A stretch of 64,000 bases of DNA. Source: Thecamonas trahens ATCC 50062. Lineage: Eukaryota; Protista; Apusomonadida. Below the pieces are notes generated by a model. The model had not been told where the DNA came from. It saw only the letters and a list, made by a program, of their open reading frames with translations, and did no database searches. The position numbers were made by a program, and so were the translations under genes. Every line of letters begins with the position of its first letter. The first letter of the stretch is position 1. Where the stretch lies: NCBI RefSeq assembly GCF_000142905.1, contig NW_013657663.1:310001-374000 (forward strand), in the 5' to 3' direction. This document shows positions 1 through 11,700 of this stretch, piece by piece.

Positions 1-1573
1 TTGACATACCGCACCAGGGATGCCAGGTTCCACTCGCGGAGCCGACTCCCGTCAAAGCCAAACATGACCAGCGACCGCTCGTGGCAGAGCACCACGTGCT
101 CGGCTGTCACCACAAGCAACGAACACTCAGTCTTGCCCACATCGAGCCGCGCCAGCTCGCGGAACTTGATTCCGTCGCCGTCAGACTCGGAGCCGCTGTC
201 AGCGTCCGACGCCTCCATGTCGCCAGCCTTGAGCGCCGACGGCACAGTGCCCGGCAAGTGGACGCCATCCTCGGTCCCGTACAATTCGTACACTACAACG
301 CTCGACGGCGTCTGGACCGCAAGCCGCGAGGTGTAGACCGCGAGTTTGAGCACATGGTCGCGGACAGGCACCAGCGTCTTGTCTTCGGTAATGAGATCCT
401 GAACCGTCACCGACGTCATCGCCTTGCGCGCCGCGTACGTCTGCTGATGCAGGCCGTGGACCGTTGAGTAAGTCACATCGTGGAGCGAGATCGAGCCGTC
501 GGCTGTTCCGATGGCAACCGCCGAGGTCTCGGCCCGATGCGCCGCCGCCCACACCCACCCGTCACGGCCCACAACCTCACCGAGCGCCACCCCCTCTCGC
601 GAATACAGCGAGAGCGCAGAGTTGGAACCGCCAATGAGCATATACTCGTCGTCACCGTTCCAAAACGCCAGCGACGTCGGGTCAAAGCCGAGCTCGACCT
701 CGCGCCCAAGTTGGCGCCCGGTCACCGAGTAGAACGAGAGCTTCTGCGACCAGTCGCCGACCGCCAGCACCGGCGAGCCCACCAGCGACGGCCGCCACGC
801 AAGGCACCACACCGGATCGGTTCCGCGCGAGACGCTGACCACCTCCTCGCCGTCCTTGTTGCGGATGGAGAGCGTGCCGTCCCACATGCCGAGCGCAAGG
901 TTCTGCCCATCGGGCGTCCACGCGCACGAAACCACCCGCGATGAGACCTTGGTCTTGTCCACCTCGTTGCGCTCCGGCGACCAAAGGCCAAAGTCCGAGC
1001 CTGTGCACGATGCCAGCTGCTGTGAGACCGGGTTGTACGCCATGCAGTAGACCGGCTCGTGGTGCTTGTACCGCAGAATGCCCTGCAGCTCCGAGGTCCA
1101 GATGATAACATGCTTGTCAGCCGAGCCTGAAGCAAACCGCGTCCCATCACGCGAGTAGGCGACACAGTACACCGGGGCCTTGTGGCCCTTGAGGCCCTTG
1201 ACCAGCTCGCCTGTGTCCATGTCGTACACCAGCACCCGGTGGCCCACTGCCGCCACCAGGTGCGGACCCGTCGGCTGGAACGCCACTCCGTAGATAGGCT
1301 GGCCCACTCCCTCCATGTTCCGCTACCCCCACTCCCCCCCCCCGGTCCACCACCACAGCCACACACACTCCATGAGTCCTCCCCCCTCCCTCCCCTCTCG
1401 ACCCTCTCGACCCTCTCGACCCGCGCCTCTCGACCCTCTCGACCCGCGCCTCTCGACCCTCCCGTCTCACCTTCCCCCTCTTGCCCCCCTCCCCTCCCCG
1501 CCTCCCTCCCCCCTCCCCACCACCACCACCACCCACATACCACCTTGTTGTCCCACACCACTTGTGAGCTCAT
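1..1573 (-). CDS. IFT122: Intraflagellar transport protein 122 (WD40), 5' part; exon 1 1573-1541, intron 1540-1323, exon 2 runs off the window start
   Basis: Spliced translation MSSQVVWDNKV|RNMEGVGQPIYGVAFQPTG...LKGHKAPVYCVAYSRDGTRFASGSADKHVIIW...QLASCTGSDFGLWSPE matches the IFT122 N-terminal propeller. GTATGT donor and TAG acceptor are in frame. This reading frame is missing from the ORF track. Confidence 0.95.
1394..1460. repeat. Imperfect tandem repeat of CCTCTCGAC (with CCGCG inserts) inside the IFT122 intron
   Basis: About 6 copies visible directly. Confidence 0.8.
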
Positions 1574-2183
1574 GGTTACTCCCTCCTTGAGCCCTTTGCT
1601 CCTGTCTTCAAGAGCAGAGCGGTGGTTAGCCAGCTCCCGCTGCCGCCCCTGTCAGGAGTCCGGCTGCTGGGACTGACTTGGCGCGGAAACAAGCTTTGCG
1701 CGAACAAACTGGTATGTCTGATCGTGGTGATGGCGACGATGTCAACGATGGCAACGATCGGGAACGGGAATGAAGAGGGAAAGAGGGTGAGAGGGGGGGG
1801 GGGGGGGTAATTAGCTTTTGCTAACCGCAAGCGCGCGTATGACTACCGTCACGGTCTTGGTTGAGATCAAGTCCAAGGGCCAGGCCAGATCCCAAGCAGC
1901 AATCAGACTGATGGCAGGCGGTTCAGCAGGACAAATAGCACCTTAGCAGTCCGGATAAGAGAGAGGGGGATACGGCGCGGCGAGATCAGTGATGAAAGTT
2001 TCGATGTGAGGAGAGTCACATGTGGCGGGTGTGACGCCGGGCCAAGTTGTACGAGGCCAGGGTCGGAGGCAGAGGCGAAGGCAATGGCAGAGGCAGAGAG
2101 GCCAAGCACTGCACTCCCAGACAAGGCCAACAAGCAGCAAGCGCGTTCAAGCACAACAGTAGTGGACTCTGTGGTGAGCAGCG

Positions 2184-3836
2184 ATGCCGGCTCTGGACAT
2201 TGTGGTGCTGGACGTCATCTATGGGGCTCTGGTGCTAGCTATCCTCGGCCAAGGCGCACGCATCATGTACTACAGGTACGGAGATAGTGTGGGCAAGGAG
2301 CACCACAGCACAGGCATACAACCACACACCCCTCACACTTACACACACTCGTGCACTCTCCCACACACCATCCACTCACCGTGCTGGTCCCCTCATTCAT
2401 GTCTACAGACACCGCAAGCTCTCGTTCCAGGTCGGCTTCCTCCTCCTCGCCGGCTGCTGGGCCTCGCTCCGGTTTATCTTCTTCACCGCCTTCCTCGCAC
2501 GCTCAGGCAACCTCTCGCAGGCATTCACCGCCATCATCTACTGGGGTCCGCCCAATTTTGAGTTTGCTACCGTCTCGCTCATTGTCCTCCACTACGCCAT
2601 CAACATTACCCACGGCCTGCGGAGACAGAACGCACGCGCTATCGTCCGCAGATACAAGGTCATGTACACAGCCGCCAACACGGTGCTGTTTATCCTTGCC
2701 GTGGCATGGATCATCATCTCACTCACTTCAGAGTTCTCGACATCTCAACTCCTGACTGGCCGGCTCGTCTTTACCGCCGTCGCCATGTGCTCGCTTGTCC
2801 TGGTTCTTGCCGTCTTCTCGTGGAAGTTCTTCAAGCTCCTCCGCGATCCATCGGTTGTGCTCCCGTACCAGCAGCGGATGTCGGCGTCCAAGGCACACAT
2901 GAGCCTCATGGTTGTTGTCCTGCTTGTGCTCTTTGTGACTCGCGTTGTCTACGACATTCTCTCGGCCTTGCACGTCGTCATCATCCAGTTCAACTCAGAG
3001 ACGACCGACGGCGAGTCCCTGGTAGCCGTTGGTGCCTTTTTGGCGTGGGAAGTGGTGCCTATTGCCATTGTGCTCATGCTCTTCCGGCACATCCCCAAGC
3101 CTGCGCCGGCGCTCAAGCTCACCGAGCACATGCAGGCGATGGCCTCGCGGATCGGCCCGGCATCGACACCGCCCGCCACCTCGCCCATCTCGGTCTCGGT
3201 CAACCACGAGCGCCAGGCCCATCCGTCAGAGTCGTCGCCGCTGTTGGCAGGCTCGGCGGCGTCACCGTACAACAGCGCCAGCCACGGACCATCGACCCTG
3301 GCTGCTCCGCGTGCCAGCCCCTCGGCTGGCCTCTCGCCAGGCGTGGCGTCGTCTGGCGGCTCGTTCCTCGCAGTCTCGCCCGACCCAGTCCCCATCGTCC
3401 AGCCAAACTCGGCCATGTCGGCAGCTCTTGCCGGCCCGGTCAGCTCGCCACAGCTGCCTGCAAATAATGCAGCCGCTTCGCCCTCCGCTGTCGCCGCCTC
3501 GGCTGCTTCCTACACCATGGCCCGCTCCTCGGACCGAGCTCTGTTTGGTAACCCGATGCGCTACGACTCGGACGTCGAGGACCACGGTACTGCTGCTGTG
3601 GCCTCGAGCATTGGTTCGACCAACGCGCTTGGCACCTCGATTCCCGACGGCGGCACCAAGCCATCGTCGCTCTCGCTCTTCTACGGCCCAGGCTCGGTCA
3701 CCCCGACACGTCCGTACATGATGCTGCACTCTTCAACCTCCCCGCTCTACCCGCCGTCACAGACTACCAACGCCCCGGCACTGTATCCACCGTCGCTGTA
3801 TCCTAATCCAGCACCACCAGCATCGTCTGCCACAGC

Positions 3837-3877
<41 letters not shown>

Positions 3878-3894
3878 TGCAGCAGCAGCAATAG
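2184..3894 (+). CDS. GPR137: GPR137/TM7SF1-like lysosomal 7TM protein with polyQ C-terminus; intron 2276-2408
   Basis: Spliced YYR|HRKLSFQVGFLLLAGCWASLRFIFF, AWEVVP and the tail motif FGNPMRYDSD correspond to GPR137B (YRHKRLSYQ...WASLR; FDNPRRYDSD). About 7 hydrophobic segments. GTACGG/CAG splice sites. Confidence 0.85.
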
Positions 3895-3948
3895 TCATGC
3901 CGCAAGGAGAGTCGATTTATCGGGACAAGTAGCGTGCTAGCGCTGGCT

Positions 3949-5230
3949 TCACTCCCACTTCTTCTTGATCTGGAACGCCCACTCCCACTCGAGGTGGACC
4001 TGCTTGTCGTCGTCCATAAACTTGGAGTACGCCTTGTACTTGCCGCGAGCAAGCATGCCCGACGGGGCGGTCTCAGTCGGGAACTCAAACTCGATGACCT
4101 CGGGCTTGGGCGCGTACGAGCCGATCATGTGGATCTGGTTGTCGACCTTGACACCCTTGCGCTTGACAGTGGTGATGAACTTGAGGCCCAGAACCGTGTC
4201 GTTCTGCACCCGGAACTTGACCCGGAGGTTATAGTCGCAGCCCTCCTTGATGATGATCGGCGATGACTTCATGGCCTCCACGCCCTCCTCGGTCGAAAAG
4301 TCGAACACGATCGGGTCACGGCCCTCGGACATGAATGCAAACTCGGAAATGACCACCACCCGCGGATCATCCGTCGCTATCACCGTCATCATCGTACCCA
4401 TCACACGCACCCGTCACATAGACCCAAGCCCCGCCCGACCACGCACCGCCACCCCCACTCGTTCATAAGTACCCTGCAGCCCGCTCGTCCACATCCATCG
4501 CACACCCTCCTCCTCACCAATCCCAACCAGCCCAGCATGTCTAACATGCAACTTGTGATACAGCTTCCTTCCCCCCCCCCCCCTCCACCCTGCCCCCGCC
4601 CTTCCCCCTCCCCCCCCTCTCTACCAGAGGGAAGAATTTCTCCCGAACACAGGCCACCGCCACCAGCATGACATACCACCCTCGGCAACACCCTCGAGCA
4701 GCTGGGCCTTCCAGCTACACAACCCCATGCATAATGAGCAGCGTTAGTCCATGCCAATACCCACTGTCTCTTCTCCCCTCCCTCGCCCAGGCCGCCCCCC
4801 TCCTCCCCCCCTCCCCTCCCCCCAAAGCAGCGGGGCAAGTCGTGAGCGGGAGTCACTACCACCCCCCACCCCCTCCACGCACACCCGCAAAGGAAGATAA
4901 NNNNNNNNNNNNNNNNNNNNNNNNNNNNNNNNNNNNNNNNNNNNNNNNNNNNNNNNNNNNNNNNNNNNNNNNNNNNNNNNNNNNNNNNNNNNNNNNNNNN
5001 CATCGACCTGCCTACCTACCCCCACCCCCCTCCCCCTCCACGCACACCCAAGCCCCCCCCTACCCCACCACACACACACACACACACACATACCGCTGCA
5101 GGGCATCATCATCCTGGTCGAGGTTCATGAGCTCGTCGAGATCCTTCTTCTCGCCAACCTTGTACCCGGTGCCGTCGTCGTCCTCGGCAACGTCGTCGCC
5201 TACAACGGGGTCCTGCTCAGGGTCGGCCAT
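3949..5230 (-). CDS. Rho GDP-dissociation inhibitor; exon 1 5230-5094, last exon 4376-3949, a short middle exon probably lost in the N gap
   Basis: Exon 1 GYKVGEKKDLDELMNLDQDDDALQR. Last exon DDPRVVV...IKEG...GLKF...MIGSYAP...APSGMLARGKY...DDDKQVHLEWEWAFQIKKKW. The expected YKxxLLG segment is not in the called bases. Confidence 0.93.
4901..5000. other. Assembly gap (100 N)
   Basis: N run flanked by C-rich tracts. Confidence 1.
5069..5090. repeat. (CA)n microsatellite at the start of RhoGDI intron 1
   Basis: Direct observation. Confidence 0.9.
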
Positions 5231-5422
5231 GTTTTGCTACGCGGTGGTTGATAGTCAAATGTTGAATGGTTCGCAAGCTGGTGGGTCATGCTTGGCAGGC
5301 GACGAGTCATGGGCTTGCTTCTCGAGGAATGCTGCACCAGTACCGCACGGTGAGGGGGTAGGGCGAGGGCAAGGCTCGACGCTGGATCATGCTTGCATTT
5401 ATGCGGCATCGGGGAGTGCTCT

Positions 5423-6889
5423 CTAGTCTCGGTTGTGCAAAAAGACAAAGGAGAAGAGGAAGAAGCAGCCCATCATGGAAAAGGCCGAGGTGTAGTAGGG
5501 CCAGGCCTGGGTAATGAACCGCTCAAACTCGTTGTGGCGGAAGGGACGGACGACCACCTGCTCGGCATAGAGCAGCGACGAATAGCCGTGGCGGCGGTAG
5601 GTGAGCTTGAACTGGAAAACACCGTAGACGTCCGGGACCTTGAAGGCGCCAACGTAGTGGCCGGCCGAGTCGTGGGTCATGGTAAGGCGGACGTACGGGT
5701 CAAGCATCTGGAACTCGATCTGGACATCGGACGCGGTGTACGGCTGCCAGGCTGTGCCGGTCCACTCCTCGATGGTGGTGTGGAACTCGATGTCGTCCTT
5801 GACACGGTAAACCGAGCCCTGGACCTTGTCGGCGTCGCCGGTCTTGTAGTGGTGGGTGTTGGAGAGCCGGAGCATGCCGCGCTCCTGGAACGCCCAAGCC
5901 GTGAGCCGGAGTGCAAACTCGAGGTTGCCCGAGGCCACGCCCGACGGAGCGCCCGAGGCCTTGGTCACGGTCGCCGAGATAAAGGCGTCGGAAAAGAGCT
6001 CGATCGAGCCCGAGACCACCATCCGCGCGTTGTTGCGCGCTTGAAGCGCAGTGACAAGCGCAGTCGTGGCGCCGACGGTCAGTGGGGTCTCCACAGTCTG
6101 CGACGGGACGTGCGAGTAGGCAAAGGCCGAGCCAGAGAGCACCTCGAGCACGAGGCCCTCGTCGTCGCCAGCGCCGAGCACTGCATGTCCGATGCCGCGG
6201 AAGAGAACCGGATTGAGCTCGGTAGTGCCAAGAACAGCCTCGGCGGCGAGGCCAAAGCCATCGGCAGCAATGAGTGTGTGCGGGCCATCGGCGTCCGAGG
6301 CGTCAAAGTTGACGTGGTCGAGCACATACGAGTCCTGCTCGTCAAAGACCAGGCCGCACTCGGCCGCCAGCTCGCGCATGGGCTCGGCCATGTTGGACGC
6401 GCCAGCAAGGACGACCGACCGTCCTGCCCGCACAAACTCCATCACCGCCGTCGCGTCCACCCCGGCCGCAAGCCGCTCGGTTGCCGGCGCAAACAGGACC
6501 AGCTGGTCGAACAGGTACTCGCCAAACTCCACAAGCTTGACCGCCGCATCGTCCGCCCGAGCAAACGTCAGCTCGTAGCCCTTGTCTGTCCCTCGTCGGT
6601 CTCATGAGTGTGCTGTGCGGGTATGCCCGGAAGGGGAGCGAGGGGGAGCGATGGCCAAAAAAGTGGTCACAGAGAGGCCTCAGGCAGGGGGCAGGGGAGG
6701 GGAAGGGGGAAGAGGGGCAGAGCGACACGTACTCTCAAGGGCAGCAAAGTAGATTGAGAACGACTGCTTTTGCTCCATCGAGTCGAGAAGAACAAGGGCG
6801 CGCTTGCCCAGATACGGCGACGACGGCTGCGTCGCAGCGCAGGCCAGAGCCAGGGCCGTCAGTACCACTGCCAGTCGCAGGAGAGTCAT
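5423..6889 (-). CDS. DDOST: Oligosaccharyltransferase 48 kDa subunit (OST48/WBP1); intron 6732-6586
   Basis: Signal peptide MTLLRLAVVL...; GEYLFDQLVLFAP, LQARNNARMVVSGS, FQMLDPYVR, FKVPDVYGVFQFK, VRPFRHNEFERFI..AWPYY, then a C-terminal TM helix. GTACGT/CAG splice sites. Confidence 0.96.
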
Positions 6890-7055
6890 AACCGAGTCGG
6901 GTGTCGGCACACCCGAGCACGAGCTGACTTGGGGTGATCAGCCTCGCGGGTGAGGAGTACTACGGTAGCGATGGGCCATGGCCAGCAGCCACAAGGCCCA
7001 TTATCATCACCTCCTCCCTTCATTCTCCTCGTGCTACTTGTTCATTGTGCCACAT

Positions 7056-8449
7056 TCAGGTCATCAACGCCTGCATCTTGGCCTCCTGTGGGACGGCGTG
7101 GATGGCCACCCGCCCGTCGCCAGAGACAGAGGCAAAGGTCCAGGCATCACCGCGCGACCAGGCCAGGCCATACACCGAGTCATCGTGCTCTTCGTAGGTC
7201 TTTGCCACGTGATCGACGGGGTGCCCGGCGCGCCCAGCCTCGGACGCTTCCCACGCCGACGACGCTGACCAGACCGAATACAGCTTGACGAGGGTGTCGC
7301 TTGAGCCCGAGAGCACAAACTGATCGTACGAGTGGTTGTACGCAAGGCCCCACACCCAGTGTGCGTGCTCATGCATTCGAACCACGGGCTCGCCGCCCTT
7401 GCGCACATCCCAGAACGCCACACTCCCGTCCGAGTGCCCGCTTGCCAGGCAGTACAACTTGTTCGGGTTAAAGTCGAGCGAAAAGATGCCCGCCCCGCCC
7501 TGCGCCGCTGCACCCTCAAGCACAAACGCCTCGCTTTGCGCCCGCACGTCGTAGCCCACAATCCGCGAGCCAATCGCCACTGCGACCTCGTCGCTAGCGT
7601 GCGGTGACCGCGCACCACACGTCGCACCGTTGCCATCAGACGGCAGCACATAGCGTGCCACCGCCGCCGCAAGCCCGTCGCGATCAAGAGTCGCCAGCGC
7701 TACGCCGCGCCGACACACCACCGCCGCAGACGAGTCGGTCACATCGAGGGCAGAGATCAGGACGTCGACAACGGGACCGAGCTCTGTCCCAGGCCCACCC
7801 GGAAGGCTCCCGGTCTGCTCGAGCTGCGGAAGCGCCGAGGGCGAGGTGGGCGAGGGCAGCTGCAGCGCAGCATCACCATCACCATCACCGGCTCCAAAGG
7901 CCGGAAGATCCGACATGGAGTACACAAGGCCGCGTCCCGTCGCACCAGGCTCGCCGGCATCACGCACCACAGCTGCCAGCAAGTGGGCATGACCCGGATG
8001 CGAGGCGAGGCGCCAGACCTCTGCGCCATCCGGCACGGTATAAGCCGTCTCTACCCCTGTAGTCCCGTTCTCTGGCACGTAGTGGACGAGATGGACCGCA
8101 TTTGCCGCAGTTGCCGGCGAGCAGGTGCCCACCGCCCACACATGGGCCTCAGCCCCTTCGTCGCCACCGAGCGGAGTCAGGCACCGGGTCTGGATGGCAA
8201 GCAAGGAGGTAAACGTAGGTGAGAGTGGGTCTGTAGCACATGGAGAGAAGGGGGAGGGAGTGCCCTTGTCACTGCTTCTGTCCCTGTCCCTATCCCCCAC
8301 CACCACCACCACCACCCCCCCACCCCACCACACACACACACCACCACCACCGCCACCCCCACCCCTACCCCCACCCCCCACACCCGCTATACCTATGCAC
8401 ATACGGTGTTGTTGATTCCATGGATGACGCTCTCATCACCAGCCTCCAT
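7056..8449 (-). CDS. EIPR1: EARP/GARP-interacting WD40 protein (EIPR1/TSSC1); exon 1 8449-8405, intron 8404-8190
   Basis: Spliced MEAGDESVIHGINNT|TRCLTP; LDFNPNK, HAHWVW...YNHSYDQFVLSGSSD, YEEHDDSVYGLAWS..DAWTFASVSGDGRV are the TSSC1 signatures. Confidence 0.88.
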
Positions 8450-8713
8450 CCCTACCTTGCGCCCCACACAGAGGAGTGCTCCAGCTCGGGCTTCCGCGCC
8501 TGCTCCTGCCAGTGCTCTACCGTGGAGGTAGAAGTACCTCGCGACTATGGCGAGTGGCTGCGGCTGATGGTTCTTCATAAAGTCTCGGATACCACTCGAC
8601 AGCATCTAGCCTGCATAGCATCCATCCGCTGACGCTACTCTCGTTGTTGGTCATGATGAAGATATCGATGCCGACGTACCCGCCCGTGGATCACGCGTGC
8701 GGGAAGCGACAAG

Positions 8714-11700
8714 TCATCCTCGCGAGGCCCAATCGGTCGACGAGTACGGCGAGGTTGGACCCCGGGCAGATGACGGTGGCGACGCCGAGGCAGCGCGCTC
8801 GCACAAGAGACAGATCTGCTTCAGCCGCTCTTCCCAGTTGGAGACAAACCGCGTGCCGTGGTGGAAGATCTGCGCAAAGAGGTCGGCGCGGATAGCAATC
8901 TGCCGCACAAGCATAGCCAACACAGGCTCGGTGAGGATGAGATGCGTTCCTGTGTCGCGCGCCAGGTGCTCCATCCCAGGCTTGACCTTAACCAAGACAA
9001 GGTACTCAGACTCAAGCGGCGAGATGACAATGTGCACAAAGTTGAACTGCCCAGGAATGGTCGACGCCGTGAACGGGTGCTCCGACTCGTTGAAGACAAT
9101 GGTGACGTAGTCGTTGCCGATGTGCCGTTTCTTGTTCTGAAACTGTGAGTACGCGCCGCCCATGTTGGGCATGAGCGTTGTGGTGTGGAAGACCACAAAA
9201 GAGAGCTCGTCCTTCCAGTACAGCGCGGTCTCGCCATCAATGGACTCGTCGGACCGATCCAACCCGCCGGTGTAGGCTATCGCGCCGCGGAGCGACATGA
9301 AAGAGCCCAGCGACTGCAGGAACCGCATGTACCGTGTTGATCCCGTGGTGTTGCCCAGAATGTCCGCCTCGCGGAACTGCCCAGGCGCCACGTACAGCAG
9401 GCCGATCTTGTGCGTGTTGACCGTTGGCACAAGGTCGAGCAAGCCCAGCGCACGCTGCATGGCCTCAGAGTCTGGGAGCCGGATCATCGACGGCGCATCC
9501 ATGCCTGGCAGGCCCTCGCGGAGCTGGCTGAACAGAAAGTGCGGAAATGAGCCGCCACCGCCAAGCTCAGCCTCGGGCCATACAGCCTCCCCCTCGAGCC
9601 CGCTCGATGCATGCCGCCCGGGCGTCGCCCGCGAGTTCGACCGCGACCGCGACGAGCCCGCACGGGGCGAGTGTGGCGCCGAACCGTGCTCAGGCGTCCC
9701 CCATCCCGACGATGACCCCAGTCCAAGCTCAGGGTGCCGCAAATCCTCCCACGGTCCCATCACTCCGGTCCCCGACTGCACAATGTCCGGGAGAGAATAC
9801 GACCGGCTCAACAGCGACATGCCATCTTCGGTCACCACGTCTGCCAGCGACGTGTCATCCGCAGCCATAAACGCTGCAACTCCGCCTGCTCCGGCTTGCA
9901 TCATGATCTTGTCTATGACGGCATCATCGTCATCGTCGTCATCTTCGTCGTCGTCATCTTCGTCGTCGATATCGTGGTCGGCGTCGGCGACTCTCGGTTC
10001 AGCACCAACAGCGCTCTTCATCGACGGCGGATGCGGTGTGCTAGTTGACGACGGCGACTGCACCGGCGTTTTCCGAATGGCGCTGGCGCCACCGGCCCGT
10101 GACGCGTGTAACTTCATCTGCTCGTCTAACGAGAGGAGCGACGACGCCGAGCCGCCGCCATGCCACGACTGGTTCGACGAGACCGACGACGAGATAGCGA
10201 CCGGCGAGCGCGCTGTCGTCACCGACCCCACGCCCAAGCTGTGACTCTCGCCCATGAACGCTGGCGACGGCTTGAGCTCGCCAGCCTCGCCCTTGTCATC
10301 GTCGCCACCGTACGCTGGCAGTGGCATCATCCGCGAGTAAATCGATTCTTCGGACTGCGACGCTGGCTTGTTGCGCCGCGGCGGCGGCGGCCGCTGCTTC
10401 ACCCGGCCAACCACGGGAAGACTGCTGATCTCGCTCTTGCCCATCTGTTCGGCGCCAGGCATGGTCGGATAGTCGTGCTCGTACGCCAGCTCCCTCGACC
10501 GCGTCTCGACTTCCCGCCCGTTGGCGTGTGCACCTACACCATCTTTGTAGTCGGGCACGTCAGCGCGGAGCTCGTCCATCAGCTGCAACACAATGGCCTT
10601 GGTCACAAACGACCCGTCGCTCGGCGACGCCGCCATCGGAGGTGTAACCGAGCCTGGCATGACCCGACTCGCCCGGATGCTGCTCTCAGCGAGAACTCCC
10701 ATGTCTGGCGCAGAGAGCGACGGGACAAGCGAGCTCGACGAGCCGGGGAGCTCACCACCCAAAAGACCACCGCTCGACGTCGACCGCGGCGGCGGCGGCG
10801 GCGCGTCCATCCCGAGCGTGTCAAGAACTTCAGACTCAAGCTTGAGAAGCCAGGCAAAAGTCCCGGTTGGCCGGCGGAGCATGATGTGGGACCATCTGGT
10901 GGCACCAACGGTGACAGTCAAGATCGCTGTCCCGTGCAACCACGAAGTGGTCGTCGTGTCGTCACCCAGCCATGCGCGGAAGGCCGACGGTGGACCACTC
11001 GACCGATTCCGCGAGAGTGCCACGGACGAGCCCGGAAACGGCTCCAGAGAGCCGTGTGTTGCCCGCAGCAGCATGTCCATCACAAGCAGGGCAGCACGAC
11101 TCTCCATGGCTGCGTCCACCAGCGCCAGGTCGCCCAAATCCGGCGTGGGCGACGCTCGGATCGAGCTGCTCATTCGGGTCGGCGCCGGAGACGCGCGCCC
11201 CGACGACTTGGTGCCATCGCCCGACGAGCCGCCGGTATCCGATGCGCCGCGCGAGTTTCTGCTTCCGGAGCGCCCAGAGCCCGACTTGCGCGACTTTCGG
11301 CGGCTCCAAAGTTACCCTTTCGTGAGCCCGTCCGGCCGTTGCCGGAGGCGCCTGGCGCTGCCGTCGAACCAAACTCACCGCTACGCGGCGACTCTTCTCC
11401 CGACGATGCTGTCGCGATGTTGGCGGCGGCAGCAGCCGCAACTGCCGATGATGCCGGCGACAAAACAGGTGGCGAGGTTGCCGAACGCGAGCCAGAGAGC
11501 CGCCGCGGGTGGACCAGCCGCGGCGGGATCGACGAGTCCGGAGAGTCCGAGTCGTACGACCGTGGTGGCGGCGAGCGCGGAATCGGCACCAGCGCGGAAC
11601 CAGCTGCCCTTGCGCTCTGTGGCGAGCGGCGGAACATGCTCGCCGGCCCATCGCCCGCTGCAGCCGCAATCGCCCGCCCAAACTTGTGCATAAAGAACGG

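Noticed and set aside
8420-8632. Cys-rich plus-strand ORF MDDALITSLHPY...
   Set aside because: Overlaps EIPR1 exon 1 antisense and its promoter; no recognisable motif.
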